Shown: positions 1-7,617 of the stretch, piece after piece
How the letters are laid out: each line of letters opens with the position of its first letter
Numbering within the stretch: the first letter of the stretch is position 1
From: Megasphaera elsdenii DSM 20460
Lineage (GTDB): Bacteria; Bacillota; Negativicutes; Veillonellales; Megasphaeraceae
Reading direction: 5' to 3'
Assembly (NCBI RefSeq): GCF_003010495.1
Contig: NZ_CP027570.1
Location: 2,190,001-2,222,000, forward strand
Length of the DNA: 32,000 nucleotides
Translations under genes and position numbers: made by a program
The notes under the pieces: model-generated
What the model saw: the letters and a program-made list of their open reading frames with translations, nothing else
What the model was told of the DNA's origin: nothing
The model's database searches: none

Positions 1-1
1 A

Positions 2-646
2 CAGGGCTGGCTTTCATTTTGGTTTGATGAAGCCCGGCGGTTGGCAGTAGCAAAACACTTTCAACAACAGCGCTGTTCATTTTTGCAGCGCACTTGGGAG
101 AAAGACCGGGAACTTTCCGATTACGGTTTTTATTTTGATGATCCTGAAGTAGAAGATGCAATAACACTTTATAAAAAAGGAATCGAAAAGGCGGCGTCGA
201 TTTCGGAGTTATTGAGCAAAGAAGCTGCTTTTACGAAGAAACTGTACAAATATGCGGCTGCATTGACGGATTTTCCGGATTTTTCTCGAAATAGAGACAG
301 CGGTGATTGGGCCAATATCTTTTTAAATCACGGTAATTATCTGGCTTACGGCTTAGCGGCTTGTACGCTCTGGGTTTTGGGCATTCCTCATGGTTTTGCG
401 GTAATGCACGGCAAGACGCGGCGCGGTGCCCTGGTCTTTGATGTTGCCGATTTAATTAAGGATGCTATTGTATTGCCCTGGGCTTTTATCTGTGCTTACG
501 AAGGAATGGCCGGACAGGAATTTCGTCAGACTTGTCTGCAGAAATTTACGGAACATCATGCCATGGATTTTATGTTTGAAGAAGTAAAGCAATGCAGTCT
601 TATGTACTATAAAGCAGGTGATTCTCATGATGGTATTATTTACTAG
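2..646 (+). CDS. cas1: CRISPR-associated endonuclease Cas1, subtype I-F type (C-terminal part only; 5' end lies upstream of the window)
   Basis: Frame 2 is open from nt 2 (QGWLSFWFDEARR... precedes the ORF-track TTG at 41), so the gene is cut by the window edge. It carries the conserved block MHGKTRRGALVFDVADLIKDAIVLPWAF. It is directly overlapped by a Cas2-Cas3 fusion gene, the arrangement diagnostic of type I-F. Confidence 0.85.
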   Translation, partial: QGWLSFWFDEARRLAVAKHFQQQRCSFLQRTWEKDRELSDYGFYFDDPEVEDAITLYKKGIEKAASISELLSKEAAFTKKLYKYAAALTDFPDFSRNRDSGDWANIFLNHGNYLAYGLAACTLWVLGIPHGFAVMHGKTRRGALVFDVADLIKDAIVLPWAFICAYEGMAGQEFRQTCLQKFTEHHAMDFMFEEVKQCSLMYYKAGDSHDGIIY

Positions 647-3600
647 CCGAAGTGAAAAGAAAGCGATTCCTATCGTGCGGCGGATTTTGGATTGTTTTGC
701 CGACCGGATTGGAAACGATACGTGGCAAACGGTCATTACCCATGAAGGCCTGCAGGCAGTGAATAGACTGCTGCGTCGGACTGCGACGAAGAGTACCGCT
801 GTTTCCTGCCGTTGGATACGCTCCCGCAGCCGCAGCCAGCTTTTGTGGATTGTCGGCAATCGGCAGCGCTTTGACAGTGAAGGCCGGGTCCCTGTGAATT
901 GGACTGCTAAAAATATCTTGCACAACGAACGGGAAAATGAATGGTCGCGTATGCCCGAGCTGAAGGCGCTGACTGCACTGGCTTCGTTACTGCACGACTG
1001 GGGGAAATGCTCGGATTATTTTCAGGCTAAACTGCGGGAACATCGCCTTAGTGCCGATCCATTCCGGCACGAATGGATTTCGTGTAAGCTTCTGGAAGCC
1101 GTCGTGCACCTTAGCCAGGCGGAAAACGATGATGCAAAATGGCTGACGAATTTGGCTAGTGGGAATATCCGCGATACGGACCTGCAGCAGACTATGATGG
1201 AGACAGAGCAAAGGCGATTGGAACCGCTGCCGCCTGTAGCGGAATATTTGGCGTGGATTATTTTGTCCCACCATCGTTTGCCGCTGTTGGATAAGGAAAC
1301 GAGAAACGAATATCGGGAGGAAGCTGCATTATCGTTTGAAGAGATGTTCCGTCGCCTGCAGGCCCATTGGGGCTATGAAACGGAGACGGGCAAAGCGGAA
1401 AGAGAAGCTTGTTTTACATTCTCTCATGGTTTACTGTGTGATGATGGGAAGCGCTGGCAAAAGGAAGTTAAAAAATGGGCGGGACGATTGGCAGGTATGA
1501 AACTCGATGTTCCGGATAAAATACGGCCGCTCCTTTTGTACAGCCGTCTGTGCCTGATGCTGGCGGACCATTATATTTCATCGCAAGCGGCAGAGGATGC
1601 TAAAAATTGGGATGTCCCTGCCCTGTGGGCGAATACGGACGGCACTAAGAAGAGAAAACAGTATTTAGAGGAACATCTTGTCCGTGTTATGAAGCAGGCT
1701 TTGACGATTGCTCACTCTTTGCCGCAGCTGCAGCAGAAGATGGAAAGGGTCTGTGAAAATGCTTTTTTAAAAAAGCAGAGCAAAGAACGGCGCTTTCAGT
1801 GGCAGGATAAAGCCGTTGCGGCGATTCACCATTTTCGCAGTCAGCAAGAAGGCGATACGGCGTATTTTGTAGTGAACATAGCGAGCACGGGCTGTGGGAA
1901 AACAATGGCGAATGCGAAAATAATGCAGGCTCTTTCGAAAGATGAGAAATCACTGCGCTATATATTGGCCTTGGGATTGCGTACGCTTACGCTGCAGACG
2001 GGTGATGAATATAGAGAACGGATTGGCTTGGATAATAACGAATTAGCCGTATTGATTGGTTCTGTGGCAGTTAAAAAACTTCATGATATAGAAAAATACA
2101 GAGATGCAGGCTGTGATAATCTGATGCAGGATGAAGCAGAAAGTGCTGTAACCGGCGATGTAGAAACGCTGCTGGATGGGACTATTGTTTATGAAGATAC
2201 TTTTTCAGATGCTCAAAAGCAATTTCTTGAACTCTTTTTCAATCCCGCACGCAGCGAAGAGGGAGATAAAAATCGAGCTTTTTTGAATAAACCTGTCCTC
2301 GTTGCCACTATTGACTACTTGATGCGGGCGACAGAAACGATACGGGGCGGCAAATACATGCTGCCGCTTTTACGTCTTTTATCATCGGACCTGGTCATTG
2401 ACGAAATCGATGATTTTGGTGAAAAAGATTTGATAGCAGTTTCGCGGCTTGTTCATTTAGCTGGGATGCTGGGACGGAATGTCGTCCTGTCTTCTGCGAC
2501 GATTCCACTGGACTTAGCGATTGGCATGCATCGGGCATATATGCAGGGCCTGAAGTGTTATAATCAGTTCTTTGCAGAACATAAATACGGGGCTGCTGTT
2601 TTATGTGATGAATTCAAGACCTCTGTGGCAGCGATGCCTTTTTCGGAGGCCGATGAGGGATATATACGTTTCCATCGTGAATTCATCAAAAGACGCGCAG
2701 CTAAACTTATGAAACAACAAGTACGGCGGAAAGGATATATCACTCCCGTGGCAACTTCGGCAGAGGACTTGCATGAGAAACAACAGGCTTATTTTGAACA
2801 GATACGGATACAAGCAGAGAAACTGCACGATACACATCATTGTCTTGATAAACGGACGGGCAAGGAAGTTTCATTTGGACTTATCCGTATGGCGAATATT
2901 GATCCCTGTGTAGCACTGTCCCTATATTTATTGAAACATGCGGCGCCTGAAGGATATGCGTTTCGCGTGATGGTCTATCACAGCCGGCAGCTACTGCTGC
3001 TGCGCCATGAACAGGAAGCATATCTGGATAGCGTATTAAAGCGGAAAGGAGAGGACGGAGACATAATCGATGTCCAGAATCCTGTTTTACGGCAGCATAT
3101 CGACAAAGCTGCTGAAAATAAAATTTTATTTGTTTTGGTAGCCACTCCGGTGGAAGAAGTCGGACGCGACCATGATTTTGACTGGGCGGTCATTGAGCCG
3201 TCGTCGTATCGTTCTATCATCCAACTGTCAGGGCGGATTCTTCGTCATCGCTCATTGAAAAAGGATATTTCGTCACCGAATGTTGCCGTCATGCAGTATA
3301 ATCTGCGTGCTTTTTTACGAGATAAACAAATTGCTTTTTGCAGGCCAGGCTATGAGTCATCTAAACATTCTTTAGTCAGTCATGATATGATGAAGATTAT
3401 TGACGTGACTGCGTTACGTCAGCGCATCGATGCGGTGCCGCGGATAGAAAAGAGAAATCCCTTGCACCCGGAAATGAGTCTTGTGGATTTGGAGCAGCGT
3501 GTGATGGAAGATTTTAATTCAGATACAGCCCAAGGGCCTGAATGCTGCAACGGTTGGTTAAAAGAGTATTGGTGGCTGACGGCACTGCCCCAGGTATTTA

Positions 3601-3950
3601 ATCCGTTTCGGGAAAATACCCTGCAGGAAATCACTGCTTATCGGGTTTACCAAGATGGAAAAATGAGTTTTCGCTGGTATGATGGCCACGAATTTATACT
3701 GAAAGAAAATTGCTGGGATATTTCTATGTATCCGGATATGACGCTTGCGATGGAAGCGAATTTGTGGTTGCGGCGGGATTATATGGCAGCTTTGAAACGG
3801 TATACCTCTTTACAGGAGGATGAAAGTGAAGAGAAAGGAATTGAGAGAACGTCGAAGCAATTTGGTGAAATCGTATTTCCTGCTTCTGAAAATATTTCTT
3901 GGTATTATTCAGATCAGTTAGGACTTTTTAAAACGAAAGCAGTTCAATAA
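627..3950 (+). CDS. cas3f: Cas2-Cas3 fusion protein (Cas2/3, subtype I-F): Cas2 domain + HD nuclease + SF2 helicase
   Basis: The N-terminus MMVLFTSRSEKKAIPIVRRILDCFADRIGNDTWQT...LLWIVGN is Cas2-like. HD nuclease motifs are LLHDWGKCSDYF and ILSHHRLP. Helicase motifs are I ASTGCGKT, II VIDEIDDF, III SSATIP, V VATPVEEVGRDHDFDW and VI QLSGRILRH. The ORF opens at GTG 618; ATG 627 follows an AGGTG Shine-Dalgarno and fits the family N-terminus as I recall it. It appears intact. Confidence 0.92.
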   Translation: MMVLFTSRSEKKAIPIVRRILDCFADRIGNDTWQTVITHEGLQAVNRLLRRTATKSTAVSCRWIRSRSRSQLLWIVGNRQRFDSEGRVPVNWTAKNILHNERENEWSRMPELKALTALASLLHDWGKCSDYFQAKLREHRLSADPFRHEWISCKLLEAVVHLSQAENDDAKWLTNLASGNIRDTDLQQTMMETEQRRLEPLPPVAEYLAWIILSHHRLPLLDKETRNEYREEAALSFEEMFRRLQAHWGYETETGKAEREACFTFSHGLLCDDGKRWQKEVKKWAGRLAGMKLDVPDKIRPLLLYSRLCLMLADHYISSQAAEDAKNWDVPALWANTDGTKKRKQYLEEHLVRVMKQALTIAHSLPQLQQKMERVCENAFLKKQSKERRFQWQDKAVAAIHHFRSQQEGDTAYFVVNIASTGCGKTMANAKIMQALSKDEKSLRYILALGLRTLTLQTGDEYRERIGLDNNELAVLIGSVAVKKLHDIEKYRDAGCDNLMQDEAESAVTGDVETLLDGTIVYEDTFSDAQKQFLELFFNPARSEEGDKNRAFLNKPVLVATIDYLMRATETIRGGKYMLPLLRLLSSDLVIDEIDDFGEKDLIAVSRLVHLAGMLGRNVVLSSATIPLDLAIGMHRAYMQGLKCYNQFFAEHKYGAAVLCDEFKTSVAAMPFSEADEGYIRFHREFIKRRAAKLMKQQVRRKGYITPVATSAEDLHEKQQAYFEQIRIQAEKLHDTHHCLDKRTGKEVSFGLIRMANIDPCVALSLYLLKHAAPEGYAFRVMVYHSRQLLLLRHEQEAYLDSVLKRKGEDGDIIDVQNPVLRQHIDKAAENKILFVLVATPVEEVGRDHDFDWAVIEPSSYRSIIQLSGRILRHRSLKKDISSPNVAVMQYNLRAFLRDKQIAFCRPGYESSKHSLVSHDMMKIIDVTALRQRIDAVPRIEKRNPLHPEMSLVDLEQRVMEDFNSDTAQGPECCNGWLKEYWWLTALPQVFNPFRENTLQEITAYRVYQDGKMSFRWYDGHEFILKENCWDISMYPDMTLAMEANLWLRRDYMAALKRYTSLQEDESEEKGIERTSKQFGEIVFPASENISWYYSDQLGLFKTKAVQ

Positions 3951-3972
3951 ATCGTGTAAGTTGTGGTATAAT
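3943..3972 (+). promoter_or_regulatory. Putative sigma-70 promoter with extended -10, driving the mini-CRISPR
   Basis: TGgTATAAT lies at 3964-3972, with a weak -35 TTCAAT at 3943-3948 and an 18-nt spacer. It starts inside the cas2-3 stop region and lies only about 22 nt upstream of repeat 1. Confidence 0.5.
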
Positions 3973-3993
3973 AAACCAATGTTGAAGTTATCC

Positions 3994-4069
3994 GCTGTCT
4001 GCCGTACAGGCAGTTTAGAAATTTAAGAGATAAATCTCAGCATTATCTGCCGCACAGGCAGTTTAGAAA
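3994..4069 (+). CRISPR. Degenerate two-repeat mini-CRISPR (I-F-type repeats, 20-nt spacer)
   Basis: R1 at 3994-4021 is gctgtCTGCCgtacaGGCAGtttagaaa. R2 at 4042-4069 is attatCTGCCgcacaGGCAGtttagaaa. Both resemble the canonical I-F repeat GTTCACTGCCGTATAGGCAGCTAAGAAA, keeping the Cas6f stem CUGCC/GGCAG and an 8-nt handle. The spacer at 4022-4041 (tttaagagataaatctcagc) is 20 nt, not about 32 nt. Confidence 0.75.
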
Positions 4070-4072
4070 AGA

Positions 4073-4116
4073 GGCTGTGCATGATGTTTTTTTATCATGC
4101 ATAGCTCTTTTTCTTT
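4073..4116 (+). terminator. Intrinsic terminator immediately after mini-CRISPR repeat 2
   Basis: A 13-bp stem pairs ggctgtgcatgat (4073-4085) with atcatgcatagct (4094-4106), with two G-U pairs and loop gttttttt. It is followed by ctctttttctttt. Confidence 0.7.
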
Positions 4117-4123
4117 TATGTGG

Positions 4124-4153
4124 TTGCAAAAATGGGGCAGTTCACGGTATAAT
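4124..4153 (+). promoter_or_regulatory. Putative yicC-operon promoter
   Basis: -35 TTGCAA at 4124-4129, 18-nt spacer, -10 TATAAT at 4148-4153. The block around the -10 is a near copy of the mini-CRISPR promoter block (see findings). Confidence 0.55.
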
Positions 4154-4199
4154 AAAGCATTGAAGTAAAACAAATCAAATTCGTAAGGGGGTTCGAACT

Positions 4200-5087
4200 T
4201 TGCGAAGTATGACTGGGTTTGGCAGCGGCTCCGGCAACGACGGGAAGCTGGCTGTCACCATTGAAATGCGCGCTGTGAACCAACGTTTTTTGGAATTAAA
4301 TATCCGTATGCCTCACGCCTACCTGGCCCTGGAAGACCGGCTGCGCAGCGGCATCAAGGCCGTCCTCAAGCGGGGCAAGGTCGATGTCTTTGTCACCGTA
4401 CAGGATTTGGATCCGGCAGCGCCTGACGTCCGCGTCGATGACGCTGCCTTAGGCGCCGTCAAGACGGCCCTGCAGGACGTGAACGACCGCTTTTTTGCCG
4501 GCAAGGCCGTGACCCTCGGCGATGTGACGTCCCTGACCAAGGACTGGTTCGTCCAGACGCCGCCGGCTATCGACGCCGAGGCCAGCTGGCCGCCCTTTGA
4601 AGCGGCCCTGCAGGGAGCCCTGGACAGCATGGTCGCCATGCGCGAACAGGAAGGAGCCAATATCGGCCGGGATCTCCTCAGCCGGGCTGATAAGATGGCG
4701 TCCCTCGTCGAAACCATTGCCAGCCGCAAGGACCTCATCGTCCAGGCCTATGAAGAACGGCTGGAAAAGAAAATCCTGGCCCTCATGGACAAGGTCCAGG
4801 CCGCCGTTCCCGACGAGGACCGGCTGTTGCAGGAAGTGGCCATTTATTCGGATAAAGTCGATTTCACGGAAGAAGTCGTCCGTTTCCGCAGCCATCTGAA
4901 CCAGCTGCACACGATGCTCCAGAGTTCCGGTGAAGTAGGGCGCAAGCTCGATTTCCTCATCCAGGAAATGAACCGCGAGACCAATACCATCGGCTCTAAA
5001 GCCGGCGACCTGGCCGTGACCGAAGCAGTCCTGCAGCTCAAGAATGAAATCGAAAAGATTCGCGAACAGGTGCAGAATATCGAATGA
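4200..5087 (+). CDS. yicC: YicC/YloC-family stress-induced protein (endoribonuclease family)
   Basis: N-terminus (M)RSMTGFG, central [11 protein letters not shown], and C-terminal [22 protein letters not shown]...IREQVQNIE are typical of TIGR00255/YicC. TTG start sits 8 nt after AAGGGGG. Confidence 0.9.
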   Translation: MRSMTGFGSGSGNDGKLAVTIEMRAVNQRFLELNIRMPHAYLALEDRLRSGIKAVLKRGKVDVFVTVQDLDPAAPDVRVDDAALGAVKTALQDVNDRFFAGKAVTLGDVTSLTKDWFVQTPPAIDAEASWPPFEAALQGALDSMVAMREQEGANIGRDLLSRADKMASLVETIASRKDLIVQAYEERLEKKILALMDKVQAAVPDEDRLLQEVAIYSDKVDFTEEVVRFRSHLNQLHTMLQSSGEVGRKLDFLIQEMNRETNTIGSKAGDLAVTEAVLQLKNEIEKIREQVQNIE

Positions 5088-5383
5088 TGAACTTCAATTT
5101 ATTAAATATCGGCTTCGGCAATGTCGTCATGGGTGACAAAGTCGTGGCCATCATCAGTCCTGAATCGGCGCCCATCAAGCGCCTTGTCCAGGACGCCCGT
5201 GATGGGAATACCCTCATCGATGCGACCTTTGGCCGCAAGACCCGGTCGGTCCTGGTCATGGATAACGGCTGGATCATCTTATCGGCCTTGCAGCCGGAAA
5301 CGATTTCCCATCGCATCGTCCCTGCCGGCAGTGATGCCGTCCTGGAAGAGGATACGGAAGCAGGGGAAGAAGAAAAGGAGTAG
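5084..5383 (+). CDS. remA: RemA/YlzA (DUF370) family regulatory protein
   Basis: [62 protein letters not shown] is the DUF370/RemA signature. The ATGA overlap with the yicC stop matches B. subtilis yloC-ylzA. Confidence 0.9.
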   Translation: MMNFNLLNIGFGNVVMGDKVVAIISPESAPIKRLVQDARDGNTLIDATFGRKTRSVLVMDNGWIILSALQPETISHRIVPAGSDAVLEEDTEAGEEEKE

Positions 5384-5390
5384 TTGTGTC

Positions 5391-6005
5391 ATGAATGATT
5401 CCGGATTGCTCATCGTTGTGTCCGGCCCGTCCGGAGCCGGCAAGGGGACGATTTGTTCCGCTCTGCGGGAACAGTTCCCGAATATCCAATATTCTATTTC
5501 CATGACGACCCGAAAACCCCGTCCTGGGGAAGTGGACGGCGTCAATTATTATTTTGCCGATAACGCGCGGTTCGAGCAGCTCCTGGCAGAAGATGCCTTC
5601 CTGGAACATGCCAAGGTCTACGACCATTACTACGGCACGCCGAAGAAGTACGTTTATCAGATGCTGGAAGAAGGCAAACACGTCATGCTGGAAATCGACA
5701 TCCAAGGGGCCATGCAGGTCAAGAAACGGTATCCCCAAGGCGTCTTCATCTACATCGTACCGCCCAGCCGGGACGTCCTGGAAAAACGCCTCCGCGGCCG
5801 TCAGACCGATTCGGACGACGTCATCGCCGGCCGGCTGGCCAAGGCCCGGGCAGAACTGGACTGGATCGACCGCTATGATTACGTCATCGTCAACGACGAA
5901 CTAGAGAAAGCCGTCGATGAAGCGGCGTCCATCTTGAAAGCCGAACAGTGTAAAGTGACGCGCAATGCCCATCGCATCGCCCATACGAAAGAATTGTACA
6001 AATAA
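5391..6005 (+). CDS. gmk: Guanylate kinase
   Basis: It carries the P-loop LLIVVSGPSGAGKGTI, plus TTRKPRPGEVDGVNYYF and YDHYYGTPK. The real ATG is at 5391; the ORF-track start at 5121 is an upstream extension overlapping remA. Confidence 0.95.
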   Translation: MNDSGLLIVVSGPSGAGKGTICSALREQFPNIQYSISMTTRKPRPGEVDGVNYYFADNARFEQLLAEDAFLEHAKVYDHYYGTPKKYVYQMLEEGKHVMLEIDIQGAMQVKKRYPQGVFIYIVPPSRDVLEKRLRGRQTDSDDVIAGRLAKARAELDWIDRYDYVIVNDELEKAVDEAASILKAEQCKVTRNAHRIAHTKELYK

Positions 6006-6020
6006 TAGGAGAGATGAACT

Positions 6021-6230
6021 ATGTTAATTAAACCGACCCTCGAATCCTTGATGACTAAAGTAGACAGCAAGTACACGCTGGTTACGCTGGCTGCCAAACG
6101 GGCCCGTCAGCTCACCGATGGCGACGAACCCCTCGTCGACGTCGATACGACGAAAGTAGTTTCTATTGCCATGGAAGAAATCGACCAGGGCAAGATCACG
6201 TATGAAGCACCGCGTGACGGCATTAAATAA
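6021..6230 (+). CDS. rpoZ: DNA-directed RNA polymerase subunit omega
   Basis: The 69-aa product begins MLIKPTLESLMTKVDSKYTLVTLAAKRARQL (typical RpoZ) and sits in the conserved position after gmk. Confidence 0.9.
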   Translation: MLIKPTLESLMTKVDSKYTLVTLAAKRARQLTDGDEPLVDVDTTKVVSIAMEEIDQGKITYEAPRDGIK

Positions 6231-6246
6231 CACGGAGGTGTTTTTC

Positions 6247-7461
6247 ATGAGCTTGGAAAAGAAAAAGATTGTCTTAGGTATCACTGGCGGCATCGCTGCT
6301 TTTAAAGCCGCATCCATTGCCAGCCAGCTCCGCAAGCAGGGTGCTGAAGTCAAATGCATCATGACCGACCATGCGACGAAACTGATCACGCCGCTGACGA
6401 TGCGGGAAATCTCGGGCAATCCCGTTGCCGTATCCATGTTCGACGATGTACCCGAATTTAACGTAGAACACATCGCCCTGGCCCGCTGGGCCGACGTCTT
6501 CGTCATCGCCCCGGCGACGGCTGATATCATCGGCAAGATCGCCAACGGCATTGCCGATGACATGCTGTCGACGACGGTCATGGCTACGACGGCACCGGTC
6601 CTCATCGCACCGGCAATGAATACGAATATGTATCTGAATCCTATTACCCAGGATAATATGGTCAAGCTGAAGAAATTCGGCTACCATTTCATCGAACCTG
6701 ACAGCGGCCATCTGGCCTGTGGCATCGACGGCGTCGGCCGCCTGCCCGAACCGGATACCATCGTCGATTACATCGAACTCCTGGCCTGCCGCAACGACCT
6801 CCTGAAAGGCAAGAAGGTCCTCGTCACGGCTGGCGGTACGCGGGAACCCATCGATCCGGTCCGCTTCATCGGCAATCATTCCAGCGGCCGCATGGGTTTT
6901 GCCATCGCCAAGGCTGCCGTCATGGCCGGCGCAGAAGTCACATTGGTCGCCGGGACGACGGATAACCTCAAGACGCCGGTCGGCCTGGCCCGCCGCGTCG
7001 ATGTCGGCAGTACGCGCGACATGAAAGCCGCCGTCGACTCCTATTACGATGACTGTGACCTGGTCATCAAATCGGCAGCGGTTGCCGATTACCGTTCGGC
7101 TCATCCGGCAGAAAACAAGATTAAGAAGAACGACGATACCTTGACCCTCGAAATGGCCAAGAATCCCGATATCCTCTATGGCCTGGGCCAGCGCAAGACC
7201 CATCAGACCCTGGTCGGTTTTGCCGCTGAAACGACGAACGTCATCGAATACGGTACGAAGAAGCTCAAGAAGAAGAACCTCGACATGCTCGTCGCCAACG
7301 ACGTCAGTGCCGAAGGGGCCGGCTTCAAAGGGACGACGAACATCGCCACCTTGCTTTTCCCGGACGGCTCTATGGAAAAATTAGATAAAATGGATAAAGA
7401 CGAACTCGCTGCCATCATCGTAGCCCGCGCTGCGGCTATCATGGCGAAAAAACAGGGTTGA
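6247..7461 (+). CDS. coaBC: Bifunctional phosphopantothenoylcysteine decarboxylase / phosphopantothenate-cysteine ligase
   Basis: Motifs are KKIVLGITGGIAAFKA, APAMNTNMY, VTAGGTREPIDPVRFIGNHSSGRMG and KSAAVADY. ATG 6247 follows GGAGGTG; the ORF-track start at 6166 is an extension. Confidence 0.95.
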   Translation: MSLEKKKIVLGITGGIAAFKAASIASQLRKQGAEVKCIMTDHATKLITPLTMREISGNPVAVSMFDDVPEFNVEHIALARWADVFVIAPATADIIGKIANGIADDMLSTTVMATTAPVLIAPAMNTNMYLNPITQDNMVKLKKFGYHFIEPDSGHLACGIDGVGRLPEPDTIVDYIELLACRNDLLKGKKVLVTAGGTREPIDPVRFIGNHSSGRMGFAIAKAAVMAGAEVTLVAGTTDNLKTPVGLARRVDVGSTRDMKAAVDSYYDDCDLVIKSAAVADYRSAHPAENKIKKNDDTLTLEMAKNPDILYGLGQRKTHQTLVGFAAETTNVIEYGTKKLKKKNLDMLVANDVSAEGAGFKGTTNIATLLFPDGSMEKLDKMDKDELAAIIVARAAAIMAKKQG

Positions 7462-7481
7462 TGAGAGTTTGTAGGTTGCAG

Positions 7482-7515
7482 AAAAAGGACTGTCGCATAT
7501 GCGACAGTCCTTTTT
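7482..7515. terminator. Bidirectional intrinsic terminator (A5 - perfect 10-bp stem - T5)
   Basis: aaaaaGGACTGTCGCatatGCGACAGTCCttttt lies between the convergent coaBC and the minus-strand CDS. Confidence 0.85.
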
Positions 7516-7548
7516 AGTGGCTAGTGGCTAGTAGTTAGGGGTTAGCAG
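7514..7548 (+). repeat. Tandem heptamer array (5 x YTAGNNG)
   Basis: TTAGTGG CTAGTGG CTAGTAG TTAGGGG TTAGCAG, read directly from the sequence. Confidence 0.8.
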
Positions 7549-7562
7549 ATGGTTTTAATGTT

Positions 7563-7589
7563 GTAGGGGCCGTCCCAAAGGGCGGCCCG
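7563..7589 (+). repeat. REP-like element, copy A (GTAG head + GC-rich imperfect palindrome)
   Basis: GTAGGGGCCGTCCcaaagGGCGGCCCG, with a stem of about 9 bp and one bulge. It is intergenic. Confidence 0.75.
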
Positions 7590-7617
7590 CCACGAACCAC
7601 GAGCCACTAACCACTAA
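7590..7617 (-). repeat. Tandem heptamer array, inverted relative to 7514-7548
   Basis: The plus strand reads CCACGAA CCACGAG CCACTAA CCACTAA, whose reverse complement is TTAGTGG TTAGTGG CTCGTGG TTCGTGG. It overlaps the last codons and stop of the minus-strand CDS. Confidence 0.8.

Noticed and set aside
41-43. The TTG at 41, given as the cas1 start in the ORF track.
   Set aside because: The frame is open back to nt 2, and 201 aa is too short for Cas1. The gene simply continues upstream of the window.
4081-4104. A mini-ORF, AUG AUG UUU UUU UAU CAU GCA UAG (MMFFYHA), 6 nt after an AAGAGG-like SD and directly downstream of mini-CRISPR repeat 2. I considered it as a possible CreT-like tRNA-sequestering toxin RNA.
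   Set aside because: The SD and start codons are buried in the 13-bp terminator stem. The ORF lies downstream of the guide rather than under a guide-targeted promoter, and I found no spacer match to any promoter here. It is too speculative without expression data, but could be revisited if the mini-array proves functional.
4140-4168. gttcacggtataataaagcattgaagtaaa, which loosely resembles the generic I-F repeat (GTTCAC...GTATA...GCA...AAG.AAA), as a possible third, eroded repeat.
   Set aside because: Similarity to the two local repeats is poor because the CUGCC/GGCAG stem is absent. The segment is better explained as the yicC promoter -10 block, which is duplicated upstream of the mini-array.
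5121-5390. The N-terminal 90-codon extension of the gmk ORF, and the similar 6166-6246 extension of coaBC.
   Set aside because: The extensions overlap remA and rpoZ in another frame, lack homology-like sequence, and internal ATGs with a good RBS give the canonical N-termini.
7514-7617. I considered whether the heptamer arrays and GC hairpins, here and at 10441-10492 and 23773-24180, are a CRISPR array.
   Set aside because: The period is 7 nt with no unique spacers. The hairpins are single or oppositely oriented copies in different intergenic regions, not direct repeats at a regular spacing of about 60 nt.
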